Below the pieces are notes generated by a model. It was not told the DNA's origin and ran no database searches. It saw nothing but the letters and a program-made list of their open reading frames with translations. From Candidatus Magasanikiibacteriota bacterium (GTDB lineage Bacteria; Patescibacteriota; Patescibacteriia; Magasanikbacterales; UBA922), in assembly GCA_041675185.1 (NCBI GenBank), contig JBAYUH010000002.1, forward strand, positions 1,052 through 65,051: a stretch of 64,000 bases of DNA, in the 5' to 3' direction. Positions 9,578 to 19,355 of the stretch are shown here, one piece after another (the stretch's first letter is position 1; each line of letters begins with the position of its first letter). A program made the position numbers and the translations under genes.

Positions 9578-10204
9578 ATGAAAAAAATAATTTCACTGGC
9601 ATCACTATCATTATTTCTCTTACTTGGTTTTGGATGTCAAACTCAAAAACAAGAACAAAATACTACTCTACCACCCGCAGTCGAGGAATTACAAACTCAA
9701 ACAGTTTCTGAAAATAAAAAACAAAATACTAGTGAAACTACTAATAATCCAACAAAAGTTGGAGTCACTCTTTACAAAGGTTTATGGTTTGATATTCAAT
9801 ATCCACAAAATTTCAATGCAACACCAACAACACAAACTGATGAAGCATATTTCTTGTCTCCAGAAGGAAATGTAGAATTTTTTGTCTATTCTCCACTCTG
9901 GTCTGGAACTCCAAAAAATTATTTGACAATGGCTTCAAACGAAGAGTTGGTAAGTGAAAAAATTGAAGAAACAAAAGCAAGTCAACAACCTAGACAATAT
10001 GGCGACAAAATCACTCGTTGGGTTACTATCAAAGCCAAAGATGGTTCATACTATCGTTCATTTGTATCTATCAAAGAACAAGTCGATACAGGAAGTGAAT
10101 TACATCATGTATTTGGTATTAAGTACAAGGACAATACTTCTTATCAAAAATACAGAGATGATTATATTACTTTCAAAGAATCTCTACATCAATATTCTGA
10201 TTAG
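9578..10204 (+). CDS. Hypothetical lipoprotein
   Basis: Signal peptide with LLGFGC lipobox. Confidence 0.75.
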   Translation: MKKIISLASLSLFLLLGFGCQTQKQEQNTTLPPAVEELQTQTVSENKKQNTSETTNNPTKVGVTLYKGLWFDIQYPQNFNATPTTQTDEAYFLSPEGNVEFFVYSPLWSGTPKNYLTMASNEELVSEKIEETKASQQPRQYGDKITRWVTIKAKDGSYYRSFVSIKEQVDTGSELHHVFGIKYKDNTSYQKYRDDYITFKESLHQYSD

Positions 10205-10220
10205 TAATATTAGACAAATC

Positions 10221-10248
10221 AAAAAAGCAACTACTAAGTTGCTTTTTT
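10221..10248. terminator. Bidirectional intrinsic terminator
   Basis: AAAAAAGCAACT-acta-AGTTGCTTTTTT between convergent genes. Confidence 0.8.
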
Positions 10249-10276
10249 ATTTTCAAATTTTATTGACTTAATGGGT

Positions 10277-11092
10277 TTAATGTTTAAACACTTTGACAAA
10301 CATCTTCCCCAAATATCCTACTACAAACAAACTAGTACCTGTCAAAATAATCATCGCACCAGATGGTAAATCAAGATAATAAGAAGCTATAAGACCAACA
10401 ATGACAATACTAATAGAAAACAAAATAGTCAAAAAAGTAAATATTTTGAAATTTCTAGCAAACATCTTGGCAATCGCACTTGGTGTGACAAGCAAAGCAC
10501 TGACCATAATAATACCTACGAGCTTGATACTAAGTACAATAGCAATAGCTGTAGATATATAAAGCAACAAATCATAAATCCAAGGATTAAGACCAGAGAG
10601 GTAGGCTCCACTTGGATCAAAAGTTACAAACAACATCTTGCGATAAAAAAAACTCAAAATGAAAAGAATGAAAATTCCTATAATCAATATAGACCACAAA
10701 TCCAAAGTATTGACTGTCAAAATATTTCCAAACAAATAACTAATAAGCTCTGGTTGATAACCTTGATAAAAATGAAGCAAGATAATACCAATAGCAATCC
10801 CTGTCGTAAACATAATAGCAATAGCCATGTCACTAGAAATATTTGTTTTCTTCTCAAGAAAATAAATTATAATAGCAATGACAACTGCCAAAACTACAGC
10901 TGTAGGAATTGGCGCCCAACCCAAAAGAACAGCAAGAGCAATTCCAGCCAAAGAAGCATGAGCGACACCATCACCAATGAAACTCATTTTTCTTGTTACT
11001 ACAAAAGTACCCAACCAGCCCAAAAGTACTGAAACAAAAGTACCAGCGAGTAAGGCTCTGATCATAAATGGATATTGTAAAAATTCTAGCAT
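10277..11092 (-). CDS. znuB: Zn/Mn ABC transporter permease
   Basis: ABC-3 motifs GDGVAHASLAGIA, YLFGNIL, IKLVGIIMVSALLVTP. Confidence 0.92.
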   Translation of the reverse strand: MLEFLQYPFMIRALLAGTFVSVLLGWLGTFVVTRKMSFIGDGVAHASLAGIALAVLLGWAPIPTAVVLAVVIAIIIYFLEKKTNISSDMAIAIMFTTGIAIGIILLHFYQGYQPELISYLFGNILTVNTLDLWSILIIGIFILFILSFFYRKMLFVTFDPSGAYLSGLNPWIYDLLLYISTAIAIVLSIKLVGIIMVSALLVTPSAIAKMFARNFKIFTFLTILFSISIVIVGLIASYYLDLPSGAMIILTGTSLFVVGYLGKMFVKVFKH

Positions 11093-11103
11093 AGTTTGTT
11101 CAC

Positions 11104-11269
11104 AATCCCGAATCGAGAATACGACGAGGGATCTTTCTTAAAATAAAATTTACTTAATTAACAAAACTTATAAAATTCTTGAAAGACGTTTCCAACGTAC
11201 ACACAATCTTTCTCAAAAAAATATTCTTTTTAAGAAAGATCCCTCCCTGTCTTTCAGCAGTTCGGGATT
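11104..11269. repeat. Intergenic long palindromic (REP/MITE-like) element
   Basis: AATCCCGAA (11104) / TTCGGGATT (11261) and an 18-bp perfect inverted repeat GAGGGATCTTTCTTAAAA (11126-11143) / 11228-11245. Confidence 0.7.
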
Positions 11270-11275
11270 ACGAAA

Positions 11276-11995
11276 TTAATGAATATGTTCATGTGTATGA
11301 AACAAACCAGTTTGACTTCCATACAACTTTTGTAAAACTTCTGGTGTAATTACTACTTCTGGTGCACCAAAACACACCATTTCTTTGTTTAGACAAATTA
11401 CTGACTTGGTATATTTGTTGACAATATTTAATTCGTGCGAAACTATGACACAAGTCGTACCTCTAGTTTCATTTATTTTTTTTATCAAATCATAAATAGT
11501 TTTTTCACCAACAATATCTATACCTGTAGAAGGCTCATCAAAAATTAGAATTTCTTTTTCATGTAACAAAGCACGTGCAATCATTACGCGTTGAAATTGT
11601 CCACCAGACAAATAACCCAATTGTTTTTGTTCAATATCTTCTAATCCCACTTCTAGCAAAACTTCTATAATATTTTTTTCATCATGACCTTTTTTGCCAC
11701 ACTTTTCTAGACTCATAAATTCATGCACACTAATAGGAATAGTCCTATCAAATTCAAACTTCTGTGGTACATAACCAATTTTTTGTCTGACATCTTTTGG
11801 TTTTTTGCCATCTATAGTAATACTACCTTTTGTTGGACTAAGCACTCCAATAATATTTTGGAGTAAAGTAGTTTTACCACTGCCATTTGGTCCAATGATA
11901 GCTACAATATCACCTTTGGCAATTTCAAAAGAAACATTTTGCAGAGCTACAAAATCATTGAATTTATAAGTCAGATTTTCGACTTTGATTAGCAT
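11276..11995 (-). CDS. znuC: Zn/Mn ABC transporter ATPase
   Basis: Walker A GPNGSGKT, signature LSGGQFQR, IFDEP, His-rich tail HTHEHIH. Confidence 0.93.
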   Translation of the reverse strand: MLIKVENLTYKFNDFVALQNVSFEIAKGDIVAIIGPNGSGKTTLLQNIIGVLSPTKGSITIDGKKPKDVRQKIGYVPQKFEFDRTIPISVHEFMSLEKCGKKGHDEKNIIEVLLEVGLEDIEQKQLGYLSGGQFQRVMIARALLHEKEILIFDEPSTGIDIVGEKTIYDLIKKINETRGTTCVIVSHELNIVNKYTKSVICLNKEMVCFGAPEVVITPEVLQKLYGSQTGLFHTHEHIH

Positions 11996-12057
11996 AATTT
12001 AGTTAAAAGTTTGTAAAATTATAAAGTTACTTATTCTGCCTATTCTGCTTAATTTGC

Positions 12058-13002
12058 TTATTCTGCTTTCAACAATTCATAAATATTGTTTACATTGAAA
12101 TCCATCATCTCAATATAGCTCATTCTACCATCTACTCCTCCCAAAGGATCCAAAGTTTTTATCTGTACACCCAAATCACTAGCCAAAGTTTTGATAGAAT
12201 CTTGTGATAATTGTGGTTCAACAAATAATGTTTTAATATTATCATCTTTTACAGTTTTTTGTAATTCTTTCAAATACTGGGCCGTTGGTTCTTGTCCAGG
12301 AAATGGTTCAAAAGTACCAACAATTTTCAAATCAAAATGGTCAGCAAAATATCCCCAAGCGTCATGAAATACTACAATGTTTTTATTAGTCAAACTACTC
12401 AATTTGTTTTTCCATTCCACATCTTTGGTTTGCAATTTTTCGATGAAATCTTGCGTATTAATATTATAGTAACCTTTGTTTTGTGGATTAAACTCGGATA
12501 ATTTGTTGCTAACAGCTTGTGCTATCAAAATGGCGTTGTCGAGATTAAGCCAATAGTGTGGGTCATAAGATGTAGTGTCAACTTGGTCTGGATCAGGAAT
12601 ATGATTAGGATCACTTTCATCCAGTCTTTGCAATGTAACATTTTGACTCAAATCATAAGTCTCTGCACCTGGAACTGAATCAGTAATGTCTTTTACCCAA
12701 TTATCAAGCGATTGCCCATTCACAAAAAATATTTTTGTACCTTGCAAACTTTTTATTTGAGAAGTCGAAACTTCAAAAGTGTGTGGACTGGCTCCTGGTG
12801 GCAAAATTACATTGACATCTACTTTGTCACCGCCAATTTCTTTTACCAAATCGTAAAGTGGAAAAATACTAGCAACTATTTTTAATTTTTGACTGTCTAC
12901 TTTATTTTGTGCAGATTCATTGGTCTGTATAACACTACAGCCAGACAAAAAGAAAGTTAGAGACAAAAATAAAATTATTATCAAAACTATTTTTTTATAC
13001 AT
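12058..13002 (-). CDS. znuA: Zn ABC transporter substrate-binding lipoprotein
   Basis: Lipobox FLSGC; SPHTF, DPHYW and HDAWGYF metal-ligand motifs. Confidence 0.92.
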   Translation of the reverse strand: MYKKIVLIIILFLSLTFFLSGCSVIQTNESAQNKVDSQKLKIVASIFPLYDLVKEIGGDKVDVNVILPPGASPHTFEVSTSQIKSLQGTKIFFVNGQSLDNWVKDITDSVPGAETYDLSQNVTLQRLDESDPNHIPDPDQVDTTSYDPHYWLNLDNAILIAQAVSNKLSEFNPQNKGYYNINTQDFIEKLQTKDVEWKNKLSSLTNKNIVVFHDAWGYFADHFDLKIVGTFEPFPGQEPTAQYLKELQKTVKDDNIKTLFVEPQLSQDSIKTLASDLGVQIKTLDPLGGVDGRMSYIEMMDFNVNNIYELLKAE

Positions 13003-13006
13003 AAAT

Positions 13007-13384
13007 TTATTTACTACATTTCTTACAAAGTCCAGTTAATGTCAATTGATGATGGACATTAGTGAAATTTTTAAATTCATCAAACGAATAATTACAAGCG
13101 ACCTCTTCACTATAACCACACTTTTTACAAATCACATGGTGATGTGGTTCTTTGACCAAACAATACAATTTTTCATTATTCATATTTTCGATATTTACCA
13201 ATCCCAATTCTTCCAATAAATTCAAAACACGGTAAACAGAAACTTTGTCTACAGTTTTTATTTTTTGATGAATATCTTGAGCAGAAATAGCCTGATGGTT
13301 AGATGACAAAACTCCCAAAACTTTTTCTCGCGGTTTGGTCAATTTGTAACCATGTTGCTTAAGTTGTAGTAATATTTCTTTCAT
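13007..13384 (-). CDS. zur: Fur-family repressor, likely Zur
   Basis: LTKPREKVL, SVYRVL, HHHVICKKCG, C-terminal CKKC; first gene of the znu operon. Confidence 0.88.
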   Translation of the reverse strand: MKEILLQLKQHGYKLTKPREKVLGVLSSNHQAISAQDIHQKIKTVDKVSVYRVLNLLEELGLVNIENMNNEKLYCLVKEPHHHVICKKCGYSEEVACNYSFDEFKNFTNVHHQLTLTGLCKKCSK

Positions 13385-13402
13385 AAGAAACCTACTATAC
13401 CA

Positions 13403-13425
13403 CTATTGCAAACCATTTGCAATAG
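13403..13425. promoter_or_regulatory. Perfect 10-3-10 palindrome, candidate Zur operator over divergent promoters
   Basis: CTATTGCAAA-CCA-TTTGCAATAG; covers the zur -35 TTGCAA (17 bp from -10 TATAGT) and reaches the -35 zone of the TGnTATAAT promoter at 13443-13451. Confidence 0.75.
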
Positions 13426-13482
13426 CATATTATCCACAAGTATGTTATAATAAAAAATACTTTTAATTTTTATGCAAAAACT

Positions 13483-14745
13483 ATGAAAACAAAATCAATT
13501 TTTCTTTCTATACTATTTATCATTGCGTCACTTATGTTGCCACTAAAAAGTCTGGCAATCACGAGTGACTACGACTTAGTCACACCACCTCCTCCTGACT
13601 ATGGTCCCGATTCTTATGATCTCACTCTTGGTCAAGAAAATAATACTTCTACCAAAACAGAATTAAGCCCTGATGAAATTCCTCAAGCTGAATATAGTAC
13701 AGCCATAATACTTAGTATTGATACCAAAGGTAGTCACAAAATAGCTGGCAATTATACTGAAGATTATCAGACTTACACTGTCAAAATTTTGTCTGGCAAA
13801 GAAAAAAACAAAGAAGTGACTATAAAAAATTCTGGTGTACAAACAATCGACAAACTTGAAAATAGAAAAGTTGGTGAAAAAATAGTTGTTGTCAAAACTT
13901 ACTCTGTAGACGGTACTGTTACTTATGATTATGCTGACAATTATCGTATCCCAGCATTACTACTAATTCTAGGTATTTTTATTTTTTTCGTTTTATTACT
14001 TGGACGTCTAAAAGGATTTGGCTCTTTATTGGGTCTAATTTTTAGTATTTTAGTTTTGGGATTTTTTATTGTACCTCAGATTGCTCATGGTAAAAATCCT
14101 TTGACTGTTACAATTATCGGATCATTATTTATTGTTTGTATTTCTCTATACCTAGCTCACGGTTTCAACAAAAGAACAAATCTATCACTACTCAGTACTA
14201 TAATTACTTTAGTAATATCTATTATAATGGCCCAGATTTTTGTGCGCATGGCTAGTCTATTTGGTATGGGTTCAGAAGAAGCCTTCTTCTTACAAACTAC
14301 TCAATTTGGTGATATCAATTTACAAGGCTTATTGCTTGCTGGAATTATCATTGGTACACTAGGCGTCCTTGATGATATTACCACTGCTCAGACTGCTGTA
14401 GTTGGTGAACTTCGTTTTGCCAATCCAAATCTAAATAAAAATGAATTAAACAAGAGAGCTTTGGTAGTTGGCAAAGAACATATTTCTTCCCTCGTAAATA
14501 CTCTGGTCTTGGCTTACGCTGGTGCTTCCTTACCGCTGTTCCTCTTATTTTCTGCTTCACAAAATTCACCTATTTGGTACACAATCAATAGTCAATTTAT
14601 CTCTGAAGAATTAGTACGTACACTAGTTGGCAGTCTATCTCTTATTTTAGCTGTGCCCATCTCTACTTATATTGCTGCCCATTTTTTGAGCAAACAAGAC
14701 GTTACAAAAATGCATGAAGCAAATTATCATGGACACCACCATTAA
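13483..14745 (+). CDS. YibE/F family membrane protein
   Basis: GIIIGTLGVLDDIT and HISSLVNTLVLAYAGASLP motifs; His-rich C-terminus HEANYHGHHH. Confidence 0.88.
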   Translation: MKTKSIFLSILFIIASLMLPLKSLAITSDYDLVTPPPPDYGPDSYDLTLGQENNTSTKTELSPDEIPQAEYSTAIILSIDTKGSHKIAGNYTEDYQTYTVKILSGKEKNKEVTIKNSGVQTIDKLENRKVGEKIVVVKTYSVDGTVTYDYADNYRIPALLLILGIFIFFVLLLGRLKGFGSLLGLIFSILVLGFFIVPQIAHGKNPLTVTIIGSLFIVCISLYLAHGFNKRTNLSLLSTIITLVISIIMAQIFVRMASLFGMGSEEAFFLQTTQFGDINLQGLLLAGIIIGTLGVLDDITTAQTAVVGELRFANPNLNKNELNKRALVVGKEHISSLVNTLVLAYAGASLPLFLLFSASQNSPIWYTINSQFISEELVRTLVGSLSLILAVPISTYIAAHFLSKQDVTKMHEANYHGHHH

Positions 14746-14810
14746 AAAGATTTACAAAAAATAAAACCAACAGCTTCCAAACTGATGGTTTTAAAATCAA
14801 AAATTTACTT

Positions 14811-15944
14811 TTAAAACGTTGCTTGCGGTAACGACAAATCACTAAGTTGTGTATAGTTAGACACTAATATTTTTTTGCTTATTAATGTGTTTGGTTCATC
14901 ACCCAAAGCTTGTGTAGACCCATGATCAAGATAATTTACTACCAATTTATTATCTGTGAATTGTATTGATTGTACTCTTACTCTATCACCAAGTAAAATA
15001 TCATTACTACCCACATAACCTTGTGGCGAACTAAGATAGGCATACAAAGAATAAAAACTACCACTTCCACCATCATTTTCTGTGGCAATAAAAGCTATAT
15101 CTTCTAGACCATCATTATTAAAATCCCCTTTCAAATCATAACCTAAATATTTTATCACCATTTTTTCAGCAGAACCTGGAAATAATTTTTTTTCAAAAAC
15201 ACCATTTACAAAAGTAAAAGTATTATTATACGTAGCATTCATATATTCATCATCTACTTTGGCACTATTTACAATTGAGTCAACAATATTATCTACGTCT
15301 GTATAAAATTTGGATTCTTCATCACTACACTGTTGTTGTTGTGGATTATCATAATTCATACATTGTGGCAATTGAGCTACAAAACTTACATCCAACAATT
15401 TCCCATTTCGCTCAGTAGTATATTTATAAGTATTATAAATTGAACCAGCAGCTCCTTCACTAGAAAGACTTACACAATATACTCTATTATTTATACTTTT
15501 TTGTACTTGTTTATTTTGAGCATCTGCACCAACTGTTTCGCACGAAAAAGTACCACTAACCAAAGTAACCTCTGGTGGCCAATTCATAATTTTGACAAAA
15601 TTATAAGTAGACAAACTTGCTAAAGTCTGGAAACTAAGATTACCAGCATCATTTTTGTATAAATGAAAATCCAAAGAAGTATCTTTTGGAACTACTACTG
15701 AAGTTGTAGTTATTTTATTTTCAGGACAAACAGCAAATTCACAATTTGGACCACTCCTCGCCACATAAGAACCATCAGAACAAAGCTTAGCTTCCGTAGT
15801 ACAAGCAGTTTGTCCACCACTACTTTTGTTTGTATTTACAAAAGGTAAAAATTGTTTAGCAAAAAATACAAAAACAATTATTGAAGATACTACACACAAA
15901 ATTAAAAAAGATAACAATACTACTATGGTTTTTTTTGTAATCAT
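14811..15944 (-). CDS. Membrane-anchored surface protein with Cys-rich module
   Basis: N-terminal TM; CTTEAKLCSDGSYVARSGPNCEFAVCP; EGAAGSIY; GDFNNDGLED. Confidence 0.75.
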   Translation of the reverse strand: MITKKTIVVLLSFLILCVVSSIIVFVFFAKQFLPFVNTNKSSGGQTACTTEAKLCSDGSYVARSGPNCEFAVCPENKITTTSVVVPKDTSLDFHLYKNDAGNLSFQTLASLSTYNFVKIMNWPPEVTLVSGTFSCETVGADAQNKQVQKSINNRVYCVSLSSEGAAGSIYNTYKYTTERNGKLLDVSFVAQLPQCMNYDNPQQQQCSDEESKFYTDVDNIVDSIVNSAKVDDEYMNATYNNTFTFVNGVFEKKLFPGSAEKMVIKYLGYDLKGDFNNDGLEDIAFIATENDGGSGSFYSLYAYLSSPQGYVGSNDILLGDRVRVQSIQFTDNKLVVNYLDHGSTQALGDEPNTLISKKILVSNYTQLSDLSLPQATF

Positions 15945-16009
15945 ACAATTCGTCAAGATTAAAAATTATCGATAATAATTTCAATGTAAATAATATTTCA
16001 AAAAAATAT

Positions 16010-17239
16010 TTACAGTTTAGTATTTACATTATACGAATTATTCGAAATTTCTGCTTTCAAAAAATCTTCACCCTTTGAAGCCCAATCATTCAAACCAAGA
16101 TATTTCATCTCCAAAATATAATCAGTAATAATTTGCTGTTTTTCTGTTTCATCAGTCAAGCTAGTCAAATATTTTGTAATAACCATATAATGTTGTTCCT
16201 CTCTTAGTATAGCATCTTCTATCTGCAACCACAATTGATTATCAAAAGCCCACTTAACAAATTTTGCATCATCTTCTTTTAACGCTTCCAAAATTCTTTG
16301 GTCAGCTTCTTCTACTGTAACCCCAGTATAACTTTTACTAGATAAATAATTTTTGACAGGTGCGATCATTTTTTGGACATACTCTCCTACTGTATTTGGA
16401 TCATAAGCTATATCTTGCACATTGTAGCTTGGACGCATAAACAAAGATATACGTTCAGGGTGATTAGGTAAATCCATAGTTATCAAAACGTCTAGAATCT
16501 TTTCACTTTCATCAAAAGTCAAATCTGTTTTTATAATTTTGTATAAAATATAGTGAAAAGCAATATCCAATTTTGATTTCTTTTCTGGCAAAAATTTAGT
16601 AAGCAATTCTTTGATAAATGTTGAATGATTACGTGCTCTTTGAGGCTCACCAATACTATACACATGACGTTGGCGCAACCACTGCAAAGTCTCAGTTGTT
16701 GGCAATTTCAAATTACGCAAAATTCCCAAAGTCTCAGAAAATCCTACCATCACTAGATAATCTGCTTTTTTACCTAAGATTTTTTCTATTTTATCTATTC
16801 CATACTCAAGTCCAGCCAGACCACAAGCATTGGATACATAATAATCTGTAGAAGTTGTTGCTTTGCCAGGTGGCAGAGGTGAATAAGTGCCTCGAGGTAC
16901 AGCTGTAATACTTACAGTATTATTGTTTTTGTTTATCTCAAGCATCTGAATCACATCACAATGACCAGCTGTCTGTCCAGCTCGACTATCCAAACCAAGC
17001 ACCAAAATACGTACAATCCCATCTTCTCCAAAAGGATCAGCGTTAGTATCAATATTAATTTCTTGAGTTTGTCTATCTTTTATTATTTGTTCCATCTCCA
17101 AAGTTTGTCTGTCTACTATTTCTTCGCCAATTTGTTCTTCTGGAGTTTGTTTGTGATGAAAAATAAAATATAGAGCGAAAGCCAAAATCGCCACACTACT
17201 AATACCAATTATAATAAATTTTATTATTTTGTGTTTCAT
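16010..17239 (-). CDS. LCP (LytR-CpsA-Psr) family protein
   Basis: N-terminal TM, ILVLGLDSR, CDVIQML, SITAVPRGT, RARN. Confidence 0.8.
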   Translation of the reverse strand: MKHKIIKFIIIGISSVAILAFALYFIFHHKQTPEEQIGEEIVDRQTLEMEQIIKDRQTQEINIDTNADPFGEDGIVRILVLGLDSRAGQTAGHCDVIQMLEINKNNNTVSITAVPRGTYSPLPPGKATTSTDYYVSNACGLAGLEYGIDKIEKILGKKADYLVMVGFSETLGILRNLKLPTTETLQWLRQRHVYSIGEPQRARNHSTFIKELLTKFLPEKKSKLDIAFHYILYKIIKTDLTFDESEKILDVLITMDLPNHPERISLFMRPSYNVQDIAYDPNTVGEYVQKMIAPVKNYLSSKSYTGVTVEEADQRILEALKEDDAKFVKWAFDNQLWLQIEDAILREEQHYMVITKYLTSLTDETEKQQIITDYILEMKYLGLNDWASKGEDFLKAEISNNSYNVNTKL

Positions 17240-17558
17240 ACTTTTATTTTACTATATTTTACAAAAAATTAAAATGGATTTTGATAAATTTTTACTCCAA
17301 CAAAAAACAGCTAGAAAATGCTGTCTTATAGTAGGTACAAAAACCTATTTTGTCAAATGTTTTTTTCATCTTCCAAAATTTCTTTCCTCTATAAAAAATA
17401 ATCAAAATATACGATAAAGATGTCTACTGAAAATCATCTACATGATTTGCAATAGACAACTGGGTTCCTGTGTAAACACTGGAACCCATGTATGCCCTCC
17501 GATGATCACAGACAAGTCGACGTGAGTCGACCGGTATATAAATCACCCACAAAAAACG

Positions 17559-18278
17559 TCAGCGAACAATGAGCTGTTTCAACTCCTTCTTGGAGTTGCA
17601 TACTACTACATTACTCAGACCACGTCCTTTGTTGTTCACTGCCTCAACATTGTCGAGGCTGATATCAAACCTACTCATCTTTGTTTCGGGAAAGTCAAAC
17701 CATCCGACTAACGCAAAAATGTGTCCAGTGTCTGGAATACTAATATGTACCTGGGCATCACTAACTGCCGGCTGGGGCAGATAGACAACACCCCCGACAC
17801 CTTGAGTGAGTGGTTGGACAAAACCACCGCTGACAAAAGGATGATTACCATCCATTGTGTCGTTGTCCAGAATTTCAAATGCGATAATGTTCGCATTATC
17901 ATCATCTTTGTGGAAAAAGCTATAGACCATATCCTCGTCATGATTCCCCTGAGGAACCTCGACGCGGACAGACACACTCTCCACAAATGTTTGTTGATGA
18001 TCGCAGGGTGTTACCATGAACTTCAGCAGAACAGCCTGCTCATCAATCAACACATTGTCGTTCTCTCGAGGGATAATACTAACCACAAAATCCTTACCAG
18101 TACTCTGACAGAGGTGTTTTACCTCCTCATAAGAAACTGGACAATTGATGGTGTTAACGATTTCAACAGAATGTTGCGGGACAGTCTGTTGATGATTGGT
18201 TGAAGTGGTGTTTCCATCATCCTCGCATCCAAGGGCGAAGAAAGAAACAAGAAAAGCGGCAAAAAAACGTGACAACAT
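17559..18278 (-). CDS. Orphan putative lipoprotein, GC-richer than flanks
   Basis: ATG at 18278 gives MLSRFFAAFLVSFFALGC (lipobox); GAGGA upstream. Confidence 0.6.
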   Translation of the reverse strand: MLSRFFAAFLVSFFALGCEDDGNTTSTNHQQTVPQHSVEIVNTINCPVSYEEVKHLCQSTGKDFVVSIIPRENDNVLIDEQAVLLKFMVTPCDHQQTFVESVSVRVEVPQGNHDEDMVYSFFHKDDDNANIIAFEILDNDTMDGNHPFVSGGFVQPLTQGVGGVVYLPQPAVSDAQVHISIPDTGHIFALVGWFDFPETKMSRFDISLDNVEAVNNKGRGLSNVVVCNSKKELKQLIVR

Positions 18279-18357
18279 AAAGCACTCTTTTCCTCTTGAA
18301 GTGACTTTCAAACAACGAAGTTACCCAAAACATTGTTAGTGTCTTAGATAACGCAAA

Positions 18358-18386
18358 ATTATAGAATAAAATTGTCATTTTGTCAA
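18358..18386 (-). promoter_or_regulatory. Consensus sigma70 promoter for the orphan lipoprotein
   Basis: TTGACA-17 bp-TATAAT on the minus strand. Confidence 0.8.
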
Positions 18387-18471
18387 TATGTAAAATTAGT
18401 TAAACATGTGTACAAAAAAGACTCCCAATAGGAGCCATATTCTTGTATATTATTCAATTATCCAAAATTTA

Positions 18472-19350
18472 TCAAACAAAAAACAACTCCCCATGAAAAT
18501 CTTTGGAAACATCTACATTATTATCAGCATACAAAATTACATATTGAAAACTATATACTTCCAACAAAATTTCTTTGTCCACCATATATAGACAAGTTGC
18601 CAAAGCATCAGCCAACATCGCACTATCAGCTATTACCCACGTTGCCAAAACATCTTTTGAAGATTCCAAAGTTTTTGGATTTATTATGTGATTGAATTTC
18701 CCCCATTTACGACGACTACCAGAAGAAGCGCAGATACTTTGATTACAAATCTCAGCCACACCAATCACTTGTGAAAAATCATTAGGATTTTCCAAACCCA
18801 CACGCATTTTTTCTTGTCCATTATTTTGATAAAAAATATCTCCACCAGCATCCACACAAAAATAATTTATATTAGAATCAATCAACATCTGACTCACAAT
18901 ATCTATTATATATCCTTTACCACAAGCACCAAAATCCAAAACTGTTTTCTGTTTTACAGTCAAATTTGGAAAATCATAATCCAACACATCTTCCCAAGGT
19001 AGTGGCTTTGTTATAATTTCTTTTTGTTTTAGAGAATATTTAGCATCATAACCAGCGTCCACCAAAGTCTTACCAATAAGTGGTGTGAAGACACCTTGAG
19101 TCAAGGCATACAAATCATAGTACAAATCAAACAACGGCTTGGCATCATCTGACAAAACATAATTTCCAGGTTTACTAACCATTTTTGAAAGCCAAGAATC
19201 TTCACGAAAACGAGAATAAGTTTGTTCAAATTTTTCTATTCTATTTTTTATTTTCGTAAAAAAATTCGTCTGATCCAAGACAGACGAATCCAAAATGTCA
19301 ATTTGCCAATGAGTACCAATGGCTTCAAATTGAATACTATTTTTAGTCAT
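18472..19350 (-). CDS. apbE: FAD:protein FMN transferase
   Basis: FEAIGT, LDFGACGKGY, VDAGGDI, HIINPKT, ADALAT. Confidence 0.92.
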   Translation of the reverse strand: MTKNSIQFEAIGTHWQIDILDSSVLDQTNFFTKIKNRIEKFEQTYSRFREDSWLSKMVSKPGNYVLSDDAKPLFDLYYDLYALTQGVFTPLIGKTLVDAGYDAKYSLKQKEIITKPLPWEDVLDYDFPNLTVKQKTVLDFGACGKGYIIDIVSQMLIDSNINYFCVDAGGDIFYQNNGQEKMRVGLENPNDFSQVIGVAEICNQSICASSGSRRKWGKFNHIINPKTLESSKDVLATWVIADSAMLADALATCLYMVDKEILLEVYSFQYVILYADNNVDVSKDFHGELFFV

Positions 19351-19355
19351 ATATA

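Noticed and set aside
17569-18203. Overlapping alternative-frame ORFs in the GC-rich orphan
   Set aside because: Expected from higher GC; only the minus-strand frame has a promoter, SD-like site and lipobox
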